This document shows, in pieces, positions 28,005-43,070 of a DNA stretch of 64,000 nucleotides (its first letter is position 1; each line of letters opens with the position of its first letter). Source of the stretch: the human T2T-CHM13v2.0 reference genome, Homo sapiens; assembly GCF_009914755.1 (NCBI RefSeq), contig NC_060933.1; one strand, written 5' to 3'. Both the position numbers and the translations under genes were made by a program. Below the pieces are notes generated by a model. That model did no database searches and had not been told where the DNA came from. It was given only the letters and a program-made list of their open reading frames with translations.

Positions 28005-31000
28005 ATGACAGCTTTTAAAATAGTCATCTTTCTAAATTGCCCTGCTGTTTCCACTTTCTCATAGGTATCTGTTTCCATTTTGTTTCTTCAGTTTCATTGG
28101 CTTGTCTCTATTTTTTCCAATACAAAGCTATCTTAATTAATTTATTTTCATCATAAATTGTAAGGTCCAGTAGATAATTTCTCTTATGTTATTACTGCAT
28201 GAGAGTGTCTTTGGTTTTCTTTGGTGTGAGGTTTATTTTTTCATATTAATTTTGCATCAGCTTATGAAGGACATTAGGAAATCTGGTTGAGGTTTTGGCT
28301 GGAATTAACATTGACAATTTGGGTGGAATTGATATTTTTTATGATTTCAACTTTTCCTATTGATATTTGCAGTATAAATCTCCATTTATTTGCTTTTATT
28401 TTTTTTCTCTTATGAATAAGTTCACCTTTAAAATGGTGAAACCATAGTATTCATCTCCCAGGGTAGGTTAAATTTCTTACAATAGTGAGGGGACTATAAA
28501 ATACTTTTTATCTTTGGTGAAATTTACCCCTAAGTTCATAGCATTTGAGTTTGCTATTGAAAAATTTGTTATTTATATTTTTAATTTAACAATTACACAT
28601 TTTTTTTAAACCAGTTAATCACCAAGTATGCTAATCCTAAATTACATTTTCTCTCCTCACTGATGTGTGTGTCCCCTCTGTAAGACACCATGTGGATATA
28701 AATGCTAAGTATGATTATGGGCCTCTGGTCTTTTCCTGTGAGCTACTTTGTCTCTCACTGTGCCTATACCACTGTCTTGATGAGTCTGGCTTTCAAAAAC
28801 CTTGATTGGTAGTAAGGCACGTGCTCCAAATGTGTTTGTTTCTTTTACAGATATTTTTGAGTTTTCTTACCTCTCTTTTTTTCAAATATATGTGAAAATC
28901 TGGCTATCGATGTCCTCACTCAACCTAGTGGATATTTTAAGTGGAAAAATATTGTATATAGAGAGCATATTGAAGTGTGAGATGCTTCATGTATGGAACT
29001 ATCTTATGCATGAACATAGACCTGATTAAGTTATGTGCATTGACAGGTTGGAAAGATGCATTTAAGATTTAAGAACAATCAATGACTTCCTCTGTTTCCA
29101 CTAGAGTCCCCACAAAATTCAAACACATTAGGGGAAAAACATAGATGAAGTCCAAAATATTTTTAAAAATAGCTCACAGATAATGACTCATAGGACAAAA
29201 CATTTAGGGTTGGAGCTCAGCCAGCTTTAAGTTCTCAGAGCTTAAAGGGTCAGGGTCACTAGCTCAAACCTGAGGCCCCTAATCAGCCTGGCACCTGTCC
29301 TAAGGTTGGAATGGGCTGATACTTTGCACTGGACACTCTTGTTCCCTGAGAGATGCCCACTTTGCTCTACTTGCCTCATTTGTTCTAATAAGATCCTATA
29401 CTGGTGATGTCAGCAGGTGTCTGATACAAGGAAATATGGTGTATGGAGTGGGAGAGGTGAAGAGTAGTGAGGTAGTGATTTCATGGTGTGGGATACATTA
29501 GGACCAACCCACTTAGAAAAAAATGGCTTTCGCAACAATTTTTTACCACTAATGCCCTTGGCAAAAACATCCTTAAGAACAATTGCCCTTAGCACCAACA
29601 CCTTTAAAAATATGCCTATCACAACAATGACTTGTTAATAATGGCCCTTAGCAACAAATCCCATAGCAACAATAACCTTAGCATAGACACCATCAGGAAT
29701 AATGCTTTAAGACAACATTGTTAATATTAACCCTTTTAGCCAAAAGACTCTTGGCAACATAATCTAAGCAACAGTAACATTAGAAAAATGCCCTCAGCTA
29801 TAACACTATTTGCCACAGTTGCTCTTAGCAACACCTTTGACTGACATTAACACTCCTAGAAGCAATATCTTACATTAGCAATCATGGACCTTAACAACCA
29901 CCCCAAACAACAATGACCTTAGCAACAAATAGCTTGAAATGAATACCTTTACCAAAATGTCCTTTAAAAAAATGGCCTTTAGCATCAAGACCCTTAACAA
30001 AAATGGCCCTTAGGAACAATGACCCTAGAGACAACACTCATAACATAACAACAATGGCCCCTAACAACAATGTCCTTAGCAGCAACATCATTAGCAATGG
30101 TGCACCTTACTGACAAATCTCTAAGCAACAACAGCCTTAGCATAATTGCCTGTAGAAATAGTGGGAATTATGCGAATTGCAACAATGCCATTGGCAACAA
30201 TGTCTTTAAAATCAATGTCCATAGCAACAATGCCCTTAGGAACAATGGTATGTCCATTTACCTCTATAAATTGCCATGGTACTTTGGAAATGGGCAAACC
30301 ATGGCCTGTTAGTGTATCTTAGCAAAAATACCCTTAGAAATAATACCTTCAAAAACCATGGCCCTTAGCAATAACAAAATTAGAAATAAAGCAATTAGCA
30401 ACAATGCCCTTACAAAAATGTCCTTTATAGTGGCATTAACAACAGCACTCTTACCAATGGCACCTTAGTAAAAATGCTTTTAGTATCAACTCCTTAGCAA
30501 TAATGACATCAGCAACAGTGTTGTTGGTAACAGCACACTTTACAGCAATGCCCTAGCTACAAAATACATAATATCAATGAACTTAGCAACAATGGCTCCT
30601 GGAGAAATGCTCTGAATGGTAATACTCATAGAATCAACACTCTTAACATCAGTACCATTAGCAAGAAAGGGGTAAACAACTGACCTTAGAAATGACATTC
30701 TTAATAATGTCCTTAGTAAAAAAATCATGCGCATCACCCCTATAACCAGTGCCCTTAGCAACAGTGCTCTTATCCAAACTTGCCTTACCAAGAGTTTACC
30801 ATTGTTTACCTTATAAACAATGGCCCTTAGCAACCACACTCTTTGCAACAATGTCCTAACAATATTACTATTAGCAAAAATCCCCTAAGACCAGCATTCT
30901 TGACAACAGCCCTCTTGGCCCTTAGAAGCAATGACTTTAGCAACCAACAGTGAGCCATAAAAATAAAGCCTTGGTAATAATGCTGTTAGCATTGACCTTA

Positions 31001-31559
31001 GTAAAATGGTCTTAGCAACAGTCTTTAGCAAGAGTGACTCTAGAAATGTCCCCTTCCCAACAATGCCCTTTGAAGAAAATACCTGTAACAACAATGCCTT
31101 TAGTCACAATGCCTTCAGCAAAAATGTCCCTTGCCAACATTAACACCCTAGGAACAATGATCTTAGAAACAGTGTCCTTAACAATAATATACAAAAACAT
31201 TCTAAGCAATAGTACCCTAAGCAACAACATACTTAGCAGTAATACCCTCAGTAACAATACTCTTAGCAACACGAGATTTAGGATCAGTGCTGGTAGAAAC
31301 AGCATCATGAGAAACACTAGCAATAGTAATAATGCCTTTAGCCACAATGACCTTCAACAGTTCTCTTATGAACATCACCCATAACTACAATGGCTCCAGG
31401 AACAATGCACTTAGAAATAACTTCCTTAGCAACAGTGACCTTACTATCGATGCCAATTGAAATATCGCCCTTAGGCACGTGTTCCATGGCAGCAACATCA
31501 TTAGTAACCACAGCTTTTGTAACAATGACTTTTAGCAAAAACATTAGCATAGTGCCTTA

Positions 31560-32030
<471 letters not shown>

Positions 32031-33049
32031 CTAAAATGGCCTTTGGTAAAATCAACTTTAGCAACAATGCCCTTATAAAAGATGCCCCTTGTAACAGTGT
32101 CCTTAGCCAGAATCCCTTTAGGAACAATGCCTTTACCAAAATGTATTTGCAACAATGTCCTTAGCAAGAGTCCTTTTGTAACAATACTCTTAGAAACAAT
32201 GCTCTTACTAACATTCCCTTAGGAACAACACTGTCGGTGACATTAATGCTCTTAGCAACAATGACCCTTGAAATAATGCCCTTCAAACAATGTCCTTAGA
32301 AACAATTGTACTTAGACACAATGACCTTTCATAACAAATGCCCTTAATAACAACCCCGTCAGCAACAATGCCCTTAGCCTCAGTTCCTTGAGTAACAGTG
32401 CTATTAGCAGTAAACCCTTAGGTAAGATGCCTTTACCACAGTGCTTTCAGTAATAACGTGTTTAACTTCAACACCCTTAGAAACAATGTTCTTAGCAAAA
32501 ATGGCCCTTAGCAACAAAGCTCTTATGGATTCACTAAGAAACAGTCCCCTTAGCAACAGTGCCTTTAGCAATAATCACTTTAGCAACAAGACACTTTACA
32601 AAAGTGCCTTGCAATAATGTACCTAACATCAACATTCTTAGCCATAATGAGTTGTAGTAAAAATTATCTAAACGTATTTCTAGCATCAGGGCCCTTAACA
32701 TCAAAACTCTTAGATTTAACGACTATAACAATAATATCTTTAACACAGTTCCTTCGTAACAGCCCCTAACAATAGTCTTGGGAACAATGCCTTTACTAAA
32801 ATGCATTTAAGTTAAACGGCCTTAGCAGCACTGTCCTTGGCAATATTAGATCTTAGTGGCAATGCTCTCAGCAGCAGTGGTACTCAGCAATGATTTCTCT
32901 TACAACACCCTTAACAACAATACCCATAACAGCAGCACACTTTAAAAAACAGGCTTAGCAACAATGTCCTTAACATCAATGCCTTTTGGAACATCAACCT
33001 CAGCGACAGTTGCACTTACTAAGAGTGCCTTTGGCATCAGTCCCCTTAG

Positions 33050-33402
<353 letters not shown>

Positions 33403-34769
33403 AACAGCACACTTTCAAACAATACCTTAACATCAACATCCTTAACTCTCTTTGCAACAATACCCTTAGGATTAAGTCCCTGAGCAATAGAGTCATTAAC
33501 AGCAGTGTATTTAGTAGCAATGCCTCTTTACTGTAATACACTTAACAATAATGAACATAGTAACAATGCCCTTAGCCATAAAGGACTTTACAACAACAAC
33601 CTTAGCAACGACACTCACAGTGACAGTGCCCTTCAATTGAGTTTCTTAGAAACAGTGGTCTTAGGATCAACATTTTAGCATGAATGCTCTTTGCAACAAT
33701 TATTCTAGGAAAAGTGCTTCTAGCAACTAGCCCTTTAGCAACAACACACTGAACAAGAATGCTCTAGCAAAAATGTACTTAATAACAACATCCTTAGCAA
33801 AAATACCCTTAGCAAAAATGAGTCTTAGTAACAGAGCCTTAATGTCAATGTCCTTAGCTACAATGCCCCTAATATCATTGTCAGAGTGACAATATCCTTA
33901 GCAACAATAGGCCACATCAACAAAACACCTAGCAGCAAGTTCCTCAGTGACAATGTGCTTAATATAAATATCCTTTATATTTATATAGGATAAAGGACTC
34001 ACAATGTCCTTTAGCAACTCTTATAGGCAATGGCCTTAACAATAATATTCATAATAATATTTTCCTTACCACAGTACTTAACAACCTTTGCACAGCACCC
34101 TTGGAAAAAAGCCAATTTAGCAAAACCTTTCTTGGCTACCAACCATAGCAACAATGCCCTAAGCAATAACACCTTTAGTATCATTTCCCATAGAAACAGT
34201 GGCTATAAAACAAGGCCATCAGCAAGAGCATGCTTAGCAAAAATATCTTTAGAAACAATACTCTTGGCATCAACACCTTAAAAACAACCTCATTATTATA
34301 ACTGCCTTTAATAAAAATGCCATGAACAACCAGGCCCTTAGCATTGGTGCAGTATCAACAGTGTCCTTAGAAACAGCACCATTAACAACAACTCTGTGAG
34401 CAGCACTATTTGCAGCAATGTCCTTATTAACAATGTATTTAGCTAGAGTACCCTTAGCAATTGGCTCTTAGCAACATCACATTTGGAAACAGTACTCATA
34501 GCAGCAGCTCCCTTATCAACATCACTCGTAGCAAAATCTGTTTTATTTTCAACACTCTTACTATCAAGGCCTTTAAGAACAATGACTCTAAGAAAATAGC
34601 CCATAACAACAATTTCTTTAAATTCAACACTCTTTCCTTAGGAACAGCACCTTTAGCACCAATGATCTTAGCAACAGTAGCCTCTGCAATAGTGGCCATG
34701 GCCACAATGTTCTTAGTAACAGCACCTTTAGCAAAAACATCCAACAACAACATTAACATCAATGCCTTT

Positions 34770-35434
34770 GGCTGGGCACAGTGGCTCATGCCTATAATTC
34801 CAGCACTTTGAGAGGTGGGATCGGGAGGATTGCTTTAGACCAAGGGTTCAAGACCAGGTTGGGCAATGTAGTGAGATCTCATCTCTACAAAAAGAAAAAT
34901 TAAAAAAATTAAAAAGCTAGCTACATGATATGGTTTGGCTGTATCCCCATCCAAATCTCATCTTGCATTGTAGCTCCCATAATTCCCACGTGTTATGGGA
35001 GGGACCCAATGGAAGGTAATTGAATCATGGGGGTGGGTCTTTCCCATGTTGTTCTCATAATAGTGAATAAGTCTCATGAAATTTGATGGTTTTATAAAGG
35101 GGAGTTTCCCTGCACAAGCTCTCTTGCCTGCTGCCATGTAAGATGTGACTTTGCTCCTCTTTTGCCTTCTGCCATGATTGTGAGGCCTCTCCAGCCATGG
35201 GGACTGTGAGTCAATTAAATGTCTTTACTTTAAAAATTACCCAGTCTTGGGTATGTCTGTATTAGCAACATGAGAACAGTCTAATACACTAGGCATGGTG
35301 GTGTGTGCTTGTTGTCCCAGTTGCTTTGGAGACTGAGGCAGGAGGATCACTTTGAGCACAGCAGTTCAAGCCTGCAGTGAGCTGTGATCACGCAACTGCA
35401 CTCCAGCTTGGGTGACAGAGTGAGACCCTGTCTC

Positions 35435-35462
<28 letters not shown>
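34770..35462 (+). mobile_element. AluJ split by a THE1 LTR
   Basis: Left arm 34770-34925, right arm 35289-35435, (CAAAA)n tail and aatgccttt TSD. Confidence 0.9.
34926..35288 (+). mobile_element. THE1 (MaLR) solo LTR
   Basis: tgatatggtttggctgtatccccatccaaatctcatcttg...gagaacagtctaataca. Confidence 0.9.
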
Positions 35463-35465
<3 letters not shown>

Positions 35466-35728
35466 GCCTTTAAGAACAGCATGTTTAACAAAAGACCCTC
35501 AGCAATGACTTCCTTAGCCACAACAACCTTGGCAAAAATATTATTACTACCATTCTCTTAGCAATTAAGTCCTTAGGAATAATGCTCTGAGAAAAAAAGT
35601 GCTTTTAGCAACAGTTTCCTTAGAAACACTAGTCATAGCAATAACACCCTTAGCAAAACTTTCTTTGCACAATAACTTCAAGGCCTTAAAGAACAATGCC
35701 CTTACAAAACTTTTTTGACATCAACACC

Positions 35729-36146
35729 TGCCTTATACCATTTTGTGTTGCTCGAAATAAATACCTGAGGATGGGTAATTTATACAGAAAAACTATTTAG
35801 TTGGTTCTCAATTCTGATGGCTGGGAAGTTCAAGATTGGACATCTGTGTCAGGTGAGGGCCTCAGGCTGCTTCCACTCATGGCAGAAGATGAAGTGGAGC
35901 TGGTGTGTGCAGAGCTCACATGATGAGAGAGAGAGAGAAAGAGAGCAGAAAGGTCTCAGGCTCTTTTTAACAACCAGCTCTGGCAGGAACTGATAGACGA
36001 CACACTCAGCCTCAAGGAAGGAGATTAATCTGTTAATAAGGGATTTGGTCATATGACCCAAACACTTCCCATTAGGCCCCATCTCCAACATTGGGGATCA
36101 AATTTCAACATGAGGTTTAGAGGGGACAAACATCCAAACCATAGCA
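35729..36146 (-). mobile_element. MST-family MaLR solo LTR in the array
   Basis: aaatacctgaggatgggtaattta...caacatgaggtttagaggggacaaacatccaaaccatagca, with an acacc/atacc TSD. Confidence 0.85.
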
Positions 36147-36304
36147 ATACCCTTAAGAACAATAACCTTACCAATAGTACCCTTATCAAAAATGCCCTTA
36201 ACAACAGCTTTCTTAGCAACAGTACAGTTACTAACAGCACTCATAGCAAAACCTTAATCTTCAATAACCCTTTTAATATCAATGCCTTTAAGAATGACAA
36301 TCTT

Positions 36305-36587
36305 GACCAGATATGGTGACTAATGTCTGTAATCCCAGCACTTTGAAAGGTTGAGGCAGGAAGTTTGCTTGAGGCCGGCAGTTTGAGGTCAGTCTGGGCA
36401 ATATAGTGAGATGCTGTCTCTACAAAAAATTTTTTAAAAAAGTCAGGTATGGTGACCTGTGCTCGTAGTCCTAGCTACTTGGGAGGCTGAGGTGAGAAAA
36501 TTGCTGGAGCCCAAGAGTTTGAGGTTAGTGAACCATGATCATAACACTGCACTCCAGCTTGGGCGACAGGGCTAGACTCTGCCTGTT

Positions 36588-36626
<39 letters not shown>
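36305..36626 (+). mobile_element. AluJ in the array
   Basis: Diverged Alu with a long A-tail. Confidence 0.9.
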
Positions 36627-36631
<5 letters not shown>

Positions 36632-36994
36632 CTTCAAAATTGCTTCCATCAACAATTACCTTTGCAAACTTTCCATCAGCAGCAATGCTCCCAGCAACAA
36701 CATCTTTTGCAACAATGCTTTTAACATATCTCATTTTGCAACATAGAAACAAATGCACTTAGGAACAGCATCCTTAACAACAACTTTCTTTACAACGATA
36801 TTAACACAAGAGTCTTGCAACACCCTTAACAACAAGTTTCCTTTGCAACAGGGCCATAACATCAACACTCTTGGTAATTGCATTGGTACCAAAACTTATC
36901 TGTGACAATATCTTGAACATTAATGCCTTTAAGAGAAATGCCCTTAAAAATACCTTTAGCAAGCATTTCCTTAGCAAACACGCTCCTAGCAACA

Positions 36995-37246
36995 GAGAGT
37001 AAGTTTTGTAAGGGCATGTGAATACAAAGGCAGAGACTGGAGTGATGCCAAGAAATGTGAAAGATTTCCAGGAACCATCAGAAGCAAGGAAAAACGCATG
37101 GAAAAGATTCAGAGTGCTCAGAAGGAAGCAACCCTACCACCACCTGATTTGGACTTCTAAGCTCCAGAACTGTAAGAGAAATTTCTTTTGTTTTAAGCCA
37201 CCTCGTTTGTGGTACTTTGATATGGCAGCCCTAGGAAACTAATACA
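36995..37246 (+). mobile_element. MLT1B/C-type LTR 3' half in the array
   Basis: ggcagagactggagtgatgc...ctccagaactgtaagagaaatttc...ggcagccctaggaaactaataca. Confidence 0.8.
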
Positions 37247-38002
37247 ATTCTCTTAACAAAAAGGCAACAATTTCCTTAGCAATAATAAACTTAGAAATAA
37301 TGCCTTCTCAACAATGACTTTGCCAACAGTGGCCATAGCAGCCATACCCTCAGCAAAAGCAACTTAGTGCAGATTTCTTAGCAAAGCACGCCAAAACACA
37401 CTAACAAACATACTAAGAAAACACAAAACACACTAATACTAACAAAGAAAGTGCCTTTCTAAAAACTGCCTATCAACAATCTTATCAACACATTTCATAG
37501 CAAAAATTTCCTTAGCACCTTTGCCCCTAGCAATGTTGCCTTTAGCAACAGTTTTTGTGGCAGTAGTGACCATCCAACCTTGATTTAGCAAATGCATCCT
37601 TAGCAAAAACTTTCTTGCAACACCACCCTTAATACTAACACCTTTAAGAGCGATGTCTTTAGCATAAGGGCCCTCCCAACAATATCATTAGCAAAAACTT
37701 GGCAAAATGTGCTTAGCAACCGCACTCTTTGAAAAAGTTCCATTAATAGCAACATACTTAATAACAATGTCTTTAGCAACGGTGGTCATAGGAATTGCTC
37801 CTTCTGCAAGAGTGGCTACTGTAATTGTGGCCAGAGCAATAATGGCCATATCAGCCATGCATTTAGCTACAGTGGCAGTAACAACTATGTCCTTGGTGGC
37901 AGTATGTGTGGGGAACATTTCTTAGCAACAACACCCTTATCTAAGAGGCACTAGGAGCAAAATCCATTGCAACACTATATGCAGCAACAATGTCCTTAAT
38001 TA

Positions 38003-38078
38003 TTAGGTTGATGCAAAGGTGATTGCGATTTTTGCCATTTCAGTGGCAAAAACCGCAATCACCTTTGTACCAACCTAA
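38003..38078. mobile_element. MADE1 (Hsmar1 mariner MITE)
   Basis: Near-perfect palindrome ttaggttgatgcaaaggtgattgcg...cgcaatcacctttgtaccaacctaa, flanked by TA on both sides. Confidence 0.92.
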
Positions 38079-38293
38079 TACAATTCCCTTGGCGACAATC
38101 TTCTTAGCAACAACACCCTTGGCAACAAAACTCTTAGCAATATCCTTAGAAACATTGTCTTTAGCAACATTTCTTAGCAATGGTGCCCATAGCAACAGTT
38201 CCTTAGTAACAGCAACCTTAGAAGAAACCCCCTTTGCAAGAGCACATTTAACATCACTGCCTTTAATGAAAAACCACTTAATAAAGAAGTCCT

Positions 38294-38568
38294 GGCTGGA
38301 CGCGCTGGCTCACGCCTGTAATCCCAGCACTTTGGGAGGCCGAGGTGGGCAGATCACGAGGTCAGGAGATCAAGACCATCCTGGCTAACATGGTGAAACC
38401 CCGTCTCCACTAAAAATACAAAAAATTACCTGGGCGTGGTGGCAGGCGCCTGTAGTCCCAGTACTCGGGAAGCTGAGGCAGGAGAATGGCGTCAACCCGG
38501 GAGGCGGAGCTTGCAGTGAGCGGAGATCGCGCCACTGCACTCCAGCCTGGGAGACAGAGCGAGACTCC
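38294..38568 (+). mobile_element. AluY-like, tail-less
   Basis: Ends at gagactccat and runs straight into LTR sequence. Confidence 0.95.
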
Positions 38569-38926
38569 ATCGATGGCCTGATGGCCTGCAGGTGTCTGTT
38601 GGCCTGCTCTTCCGCCAGTGTGCTTTCGATGACCAGCTGCTTGTGTCTTCTTCTGCTGATGTGTTCCTTATGATGTCCAGCTGCTTGCGTCCCTGCCTTG
38701 CTAAGGTCTCTGGTTTTTATAGGCCCATGATGGGGGCACGGCAGGCCAGGGTGGTCTTGGAAAATGCTACATTTCGGCATGAAAGCAGAAGTGCCTGTCC
38801 TTACCTAGGTCCGTGGGGGTGGAGCCCTAGCCAGGGACCACGTCCTCCTCTACCCAACACTTCCCTTCTCCCCTTCCCTATCATTTAAAGGGACCACGCT
38901 CTTCCCTTCCCAGCACTTCCATATCA
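38569..38926 (-). mobile_element. MER52/LTR27-28-group ERV1 LTR, 5' part
   Basis: ttggaaaatgctacatt...cctaggtccgtgggggtggagccctagccagggaccac...cagcacttccatatca. Confidence 0.75.
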
Positions 38927-39572
38927 GTTTGGTACACAGGTAAACTTGTGTCATGGAGGTTTGTTGTACAGATTGTTTCATCATCCAGGTATTAAGCCTA
39001 ATGCCCATTTGTTATTTTTCCCGTTCTTCTCTCTCCTCCTATCCTCCACCCTAATGTTTCCCTCTGTGTGTCCGTATGCTCTCATCGTTTAGCTCCCACT
39101 ATAAGTGAGAACATGCTGTATTTGGTTTTCTGTTCCTGTATTAGTTTGCTAAGGATAATGGCCTCCAGCTCCATTAATGTTTGCGCAAAGGACATGATCT
39201 TATTCTTTTTTATAGCTGCATAGTTTTCCATGGTGTATATGTACTACATTTTCTTTATGCAGTCTATCATTGTTGGGCATTTAGGGTGATTCCATGTCCT
39301 TGCTGTTATGAATAGTGCTGCAGTGAACATATGTGTGTATGTGGCTTTATAATAAAATGATTTATGTTCTTTTGAGTATATGCCCAGTAATGGGATTGCT
39401 GGGCTGAATGACATTTCTGTCTTTAGGTCTTTGAGGAATCATCACACTGTCTTCCAAAATAGTAGAACTAATTTACACTCCCACCAACATTGTATAATTG
39501 TTCCTTTTTCTCCACAACTTCGCCAGCATCTGTTTTTTTTTTGCTTTTTGCTTTTTAATAATAGCCATTCTG

Positions 39573-39792
39573 ATGAGAACACATGGACACATAGAGGGTA
39601 GCAACACACACTGTGGTATCTCAAAGGGTGGAGGGTGGGAGGAGGGAGAAGGTCAGGAAAGATACCTAATGAGTACTAGGCTTAATACTTGGGAGATGAA
39701 ATAATCTGTACAATAACCCCCCATGTCACAGGTTTACCTGTGTAACAAACCTTCACATGTAACCCTGAACTTAAAATAAAAGTTAAAAAAAA
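39573..39792 (+). mobile_element. Short L1PA 3' end inserted opposite to the host L1
   Basis: atgagaacacatggacacatagaggg...cacatgtaaccctgaacttaaaataaaagttaaaaaaaa. Confidence 0.9.
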
Positions 39793-40850
39793 ATTACCAA
39801 TTAAAAGAAGAAATTTCAGGTTTTTAAAAAGAAATTGTAACAGTTCTGCTGAACAATGTTTCAGGATATCATTTTCTCTTAGAAAAACATGTATTCTGCT
39901 GCTGTTGGGTGGAGTGTTCTATAAATGTTAGGTATAGTTTATAATGTTTTATTATTTTAAAAAATCACCATTCTGACTGGTGTGAGATGGTATCTCACTG
40001 TGGTTTTGATTTGCATTTCTCTAATGATCACTGATATTGAGCTTTTTTTCATATGATTGTTGGCCGCATGTATGTCTTCCTTTGAAAAGTATCTGTTCAC
40101 GTCCTTTTCTCACTTTAATGGGGTTGGTTTTTTCTTGTAAATTAGTTTAAGTTCCTTATAGATGCTGGGTATTGGACCTTTGTCAGATGCATAGTTTGCA
40201 AATATTTTCTTGCATTCTGTAGGTTGTCTGTTGACTCTGTTGATAGTTTCTTTTGCTGTGCAGAAGGTCTTTAGTTTAATTAGATCCCATTTGTCAATGT
40301 TTGTTTCTGTTACAATTGCTTTTTGTGTCTTTATCATGAAATCTTTGCCTGTGACTGTTCTGAATGGTATTGCCTAGGTTGTCTTCCAGGATTTCTATAG
40401 TTTTGGGTTTTACATTTAAGTCTTTAATCCATCTTGAGCTAATTTTTTTATATGGTGTAAGGAAGAAGTTCAATTTCAATCTTCTGTGTATGGCTAGCCA
40501 GTTATCCTAGCACCATTTATTGAATAGGGAATGTTTTCCCCATTGCCTGCTTTTGTCAGGTTTGTTGAAGATCAGATAGTTGTAGGTGTGTGGTCTTACT
40601 TGTGGGTTCTCTATTCTGTTCCATTGGTTTATGTGTCTGTACCAATAATAAATTTGTACAAATAAATTTGTACCAGTACTATGTTGTTTTGGTTACTGTA
40701 GCCCTGTAGTATAGCTCAAAGTCGGGTAGCGTGATGCCTCCAGCTTTGTTGTTTTTGCTTAAGATTGCCTTGGCTATTCGTGCTCTTATTTGGTTCCATA
40801 TGAATGTTAAAAGAGTTTTTTTATAGTTCTGTGAAGAATGTCAGTGATAG

Positions 40851-41219
<369 letters not shown>

Positions 41220-42672
41220 AACAATATTGATTCTTCTTATCCATGGGCATAGAATGTTTTTCCATTTGTTTGTGCCTTCTCTGATTTATTTGAGCAGTGG
41301 TTTGTAGTTCTCCTTGTAGAGACCTTTCACCTCCCTTGTTAGCTGCATTCTTAGGTATTTTATTCTTTTTGTTGCAGTTGTGAATGGGAGTTTGTTCCTG
41401 ATTTGGCTCTTGGCTTGACTTTTGTTGGTGTATAGGAATGCTAGTAATTTTTGCACATTGATTTTGTATCCCGAGATTTTCCTGAAGTTGCTTATCAGCT
41501 TAATAAGCTTTTGGGTTGAGACTATGGGGTTTTCTAAAAATATGATCATGTCATCTGCAAACAGGGATAATTGACTTCTTCTCTTACTATCTGAAAGTTC
41601 TTTATTTCTTTATCTTGCCTGATTGCCCTGGCCAGAACTTCCAATACTATATTTAATAGGAGTAGTGAGAGAGGGCAACCTTGTCTTGTGCCAGTTTCCA
41701 AGGGGAATGCTTCCAGCTTTTGCCCATTAAGTATGATATTAGCTGTGGGTTTATCATATATGGTGCTTATTCTTTTGAGGTATGTTTCTTCAATACCTAG
41801 TTTATTGAGAGTTTTTAACATGAATGAATGTTGAATTTTATTGAAAGCCTTTTCTGTATCTTTTGAGATAATCATATGGTTTTGGCCTTTAGTTCTGTTT
41901 ATGTGATGAATAACATTTATTGGTTTGTGTAGGTTGAACCAACCTTGTATCCCGGGGATGAAGTCTACTTGACCGTGGTGGATACGCCTTTTGATCTGCT
42001 GCTCAATTCGGTTTGCCAGTATTTTGTTGAGGATTTTTGCATCAACATTCATCAAGAATATTGGCCTGAAGTTTTTTGTTGTTGTTGTTGTTGTATATCT
42101 GCCAGGTTTTGGTATCTGGATGATGCTGGCCTCATAGAAGGAGTTTGGGAGGAATCCCTCCTCCTCAATTTTTTTGAATAGTTTTGGTATGAGTAATACC
42201 AGCTCTTCTTTGTACATCTGGTAGGATTCAGCTGTGCATCTGTCTGGTCCTGGGCCTTTTTTGGTTGACAGGCTACTTATTACTGATTCAAGTTTGGAGC
42301 TTATTTTTGGTCTGTTCGGGGACTCAATTTCTTCCTGGTTCAGTCTTGGGAGGGTGTATGTGTCCAGGCATTTATCCATTTCTACTAGATTTTCTAGTTT
42401 ATATGCATAGAGGTGTTCATAATATTCTCTGATAGTTATTTGTATTTCTGTGGGGTCAGTGGTAATATTGCCCTTGTTGTTTCTGATTGTTTATTTGAAT
42501 CTTCTTTCTTTTCTTTTTTGTTAGTCTAGCTAGTGGTCTATTTTAATTTTTTCAGAAAATCATCTCCTGGATTTGTTGATATTTTGAATGTTTCTTCATG
42601 TCTCTATCTCCTTCAGTCTGCCTGTGTGCAGTTCTAGTTTCAGTCTGTTTTAGAGCTCAAGCTTGAATACAT

Positions 42673-42835
42673 AAGAAGAAAGAAGAAGACTGAGAAGAAG
42701 GAGAAGGAGGGGTGGAAGAGGAGGAATAAGAGAGGAGAAATAAGAAGGAGAGAGAGAGGGAGGGAGGAAGAAGGGAAAGAGGAAGGATGATGAGAGGGAG
42801 GGAAGGAAAGAGGAAGGGAAGGAAGGAGGAAATCA
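42673..42835. repeat. GA-rich low-complexity polypurine tract
   Basis: gaagaaagaagaag...ggaaggaaagaggaagggaaggaaggagg. Confidence 0.9.
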
Positions 42836-42911
42836 AGTTAGGCAAATCACCGCTAGGTCATCCTTCAGGTCCTGAGCTCCATACCAAGTTCAGGGGTACA
42901 TGTGTAGCTAT

Positions 42912-43070
42912 TGAAATGGGAAAAGTTCCCTTGTCCCTTTTGCAGGGCATGTGATGGAGGTGTGGCTTGCTTCTTCAGTGCTTCAGTGCCCCGCTGGTCA
43001 AACCTCTAGGGGAGCATACAGACAGGCTGCGGGGCTTCAACCCCATGGCAATGTCTAGGGGTGAATGTTT
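42912..43070 (-). mobile_element. MER52-group LTR, 3' terminal part
   Basis: tgaaatgggaaaagttcccttgtccc...caaacctctaggggagcatacagac...tctaggggtgaatgtttac. Confidence 0.7.

Noticed and set aside
41546-42379. 277-aa reverse-transcriptase-like ORF
   Set aside because: It is a fragment of decayed L1 ORF2, and the surrounding frame is broken.
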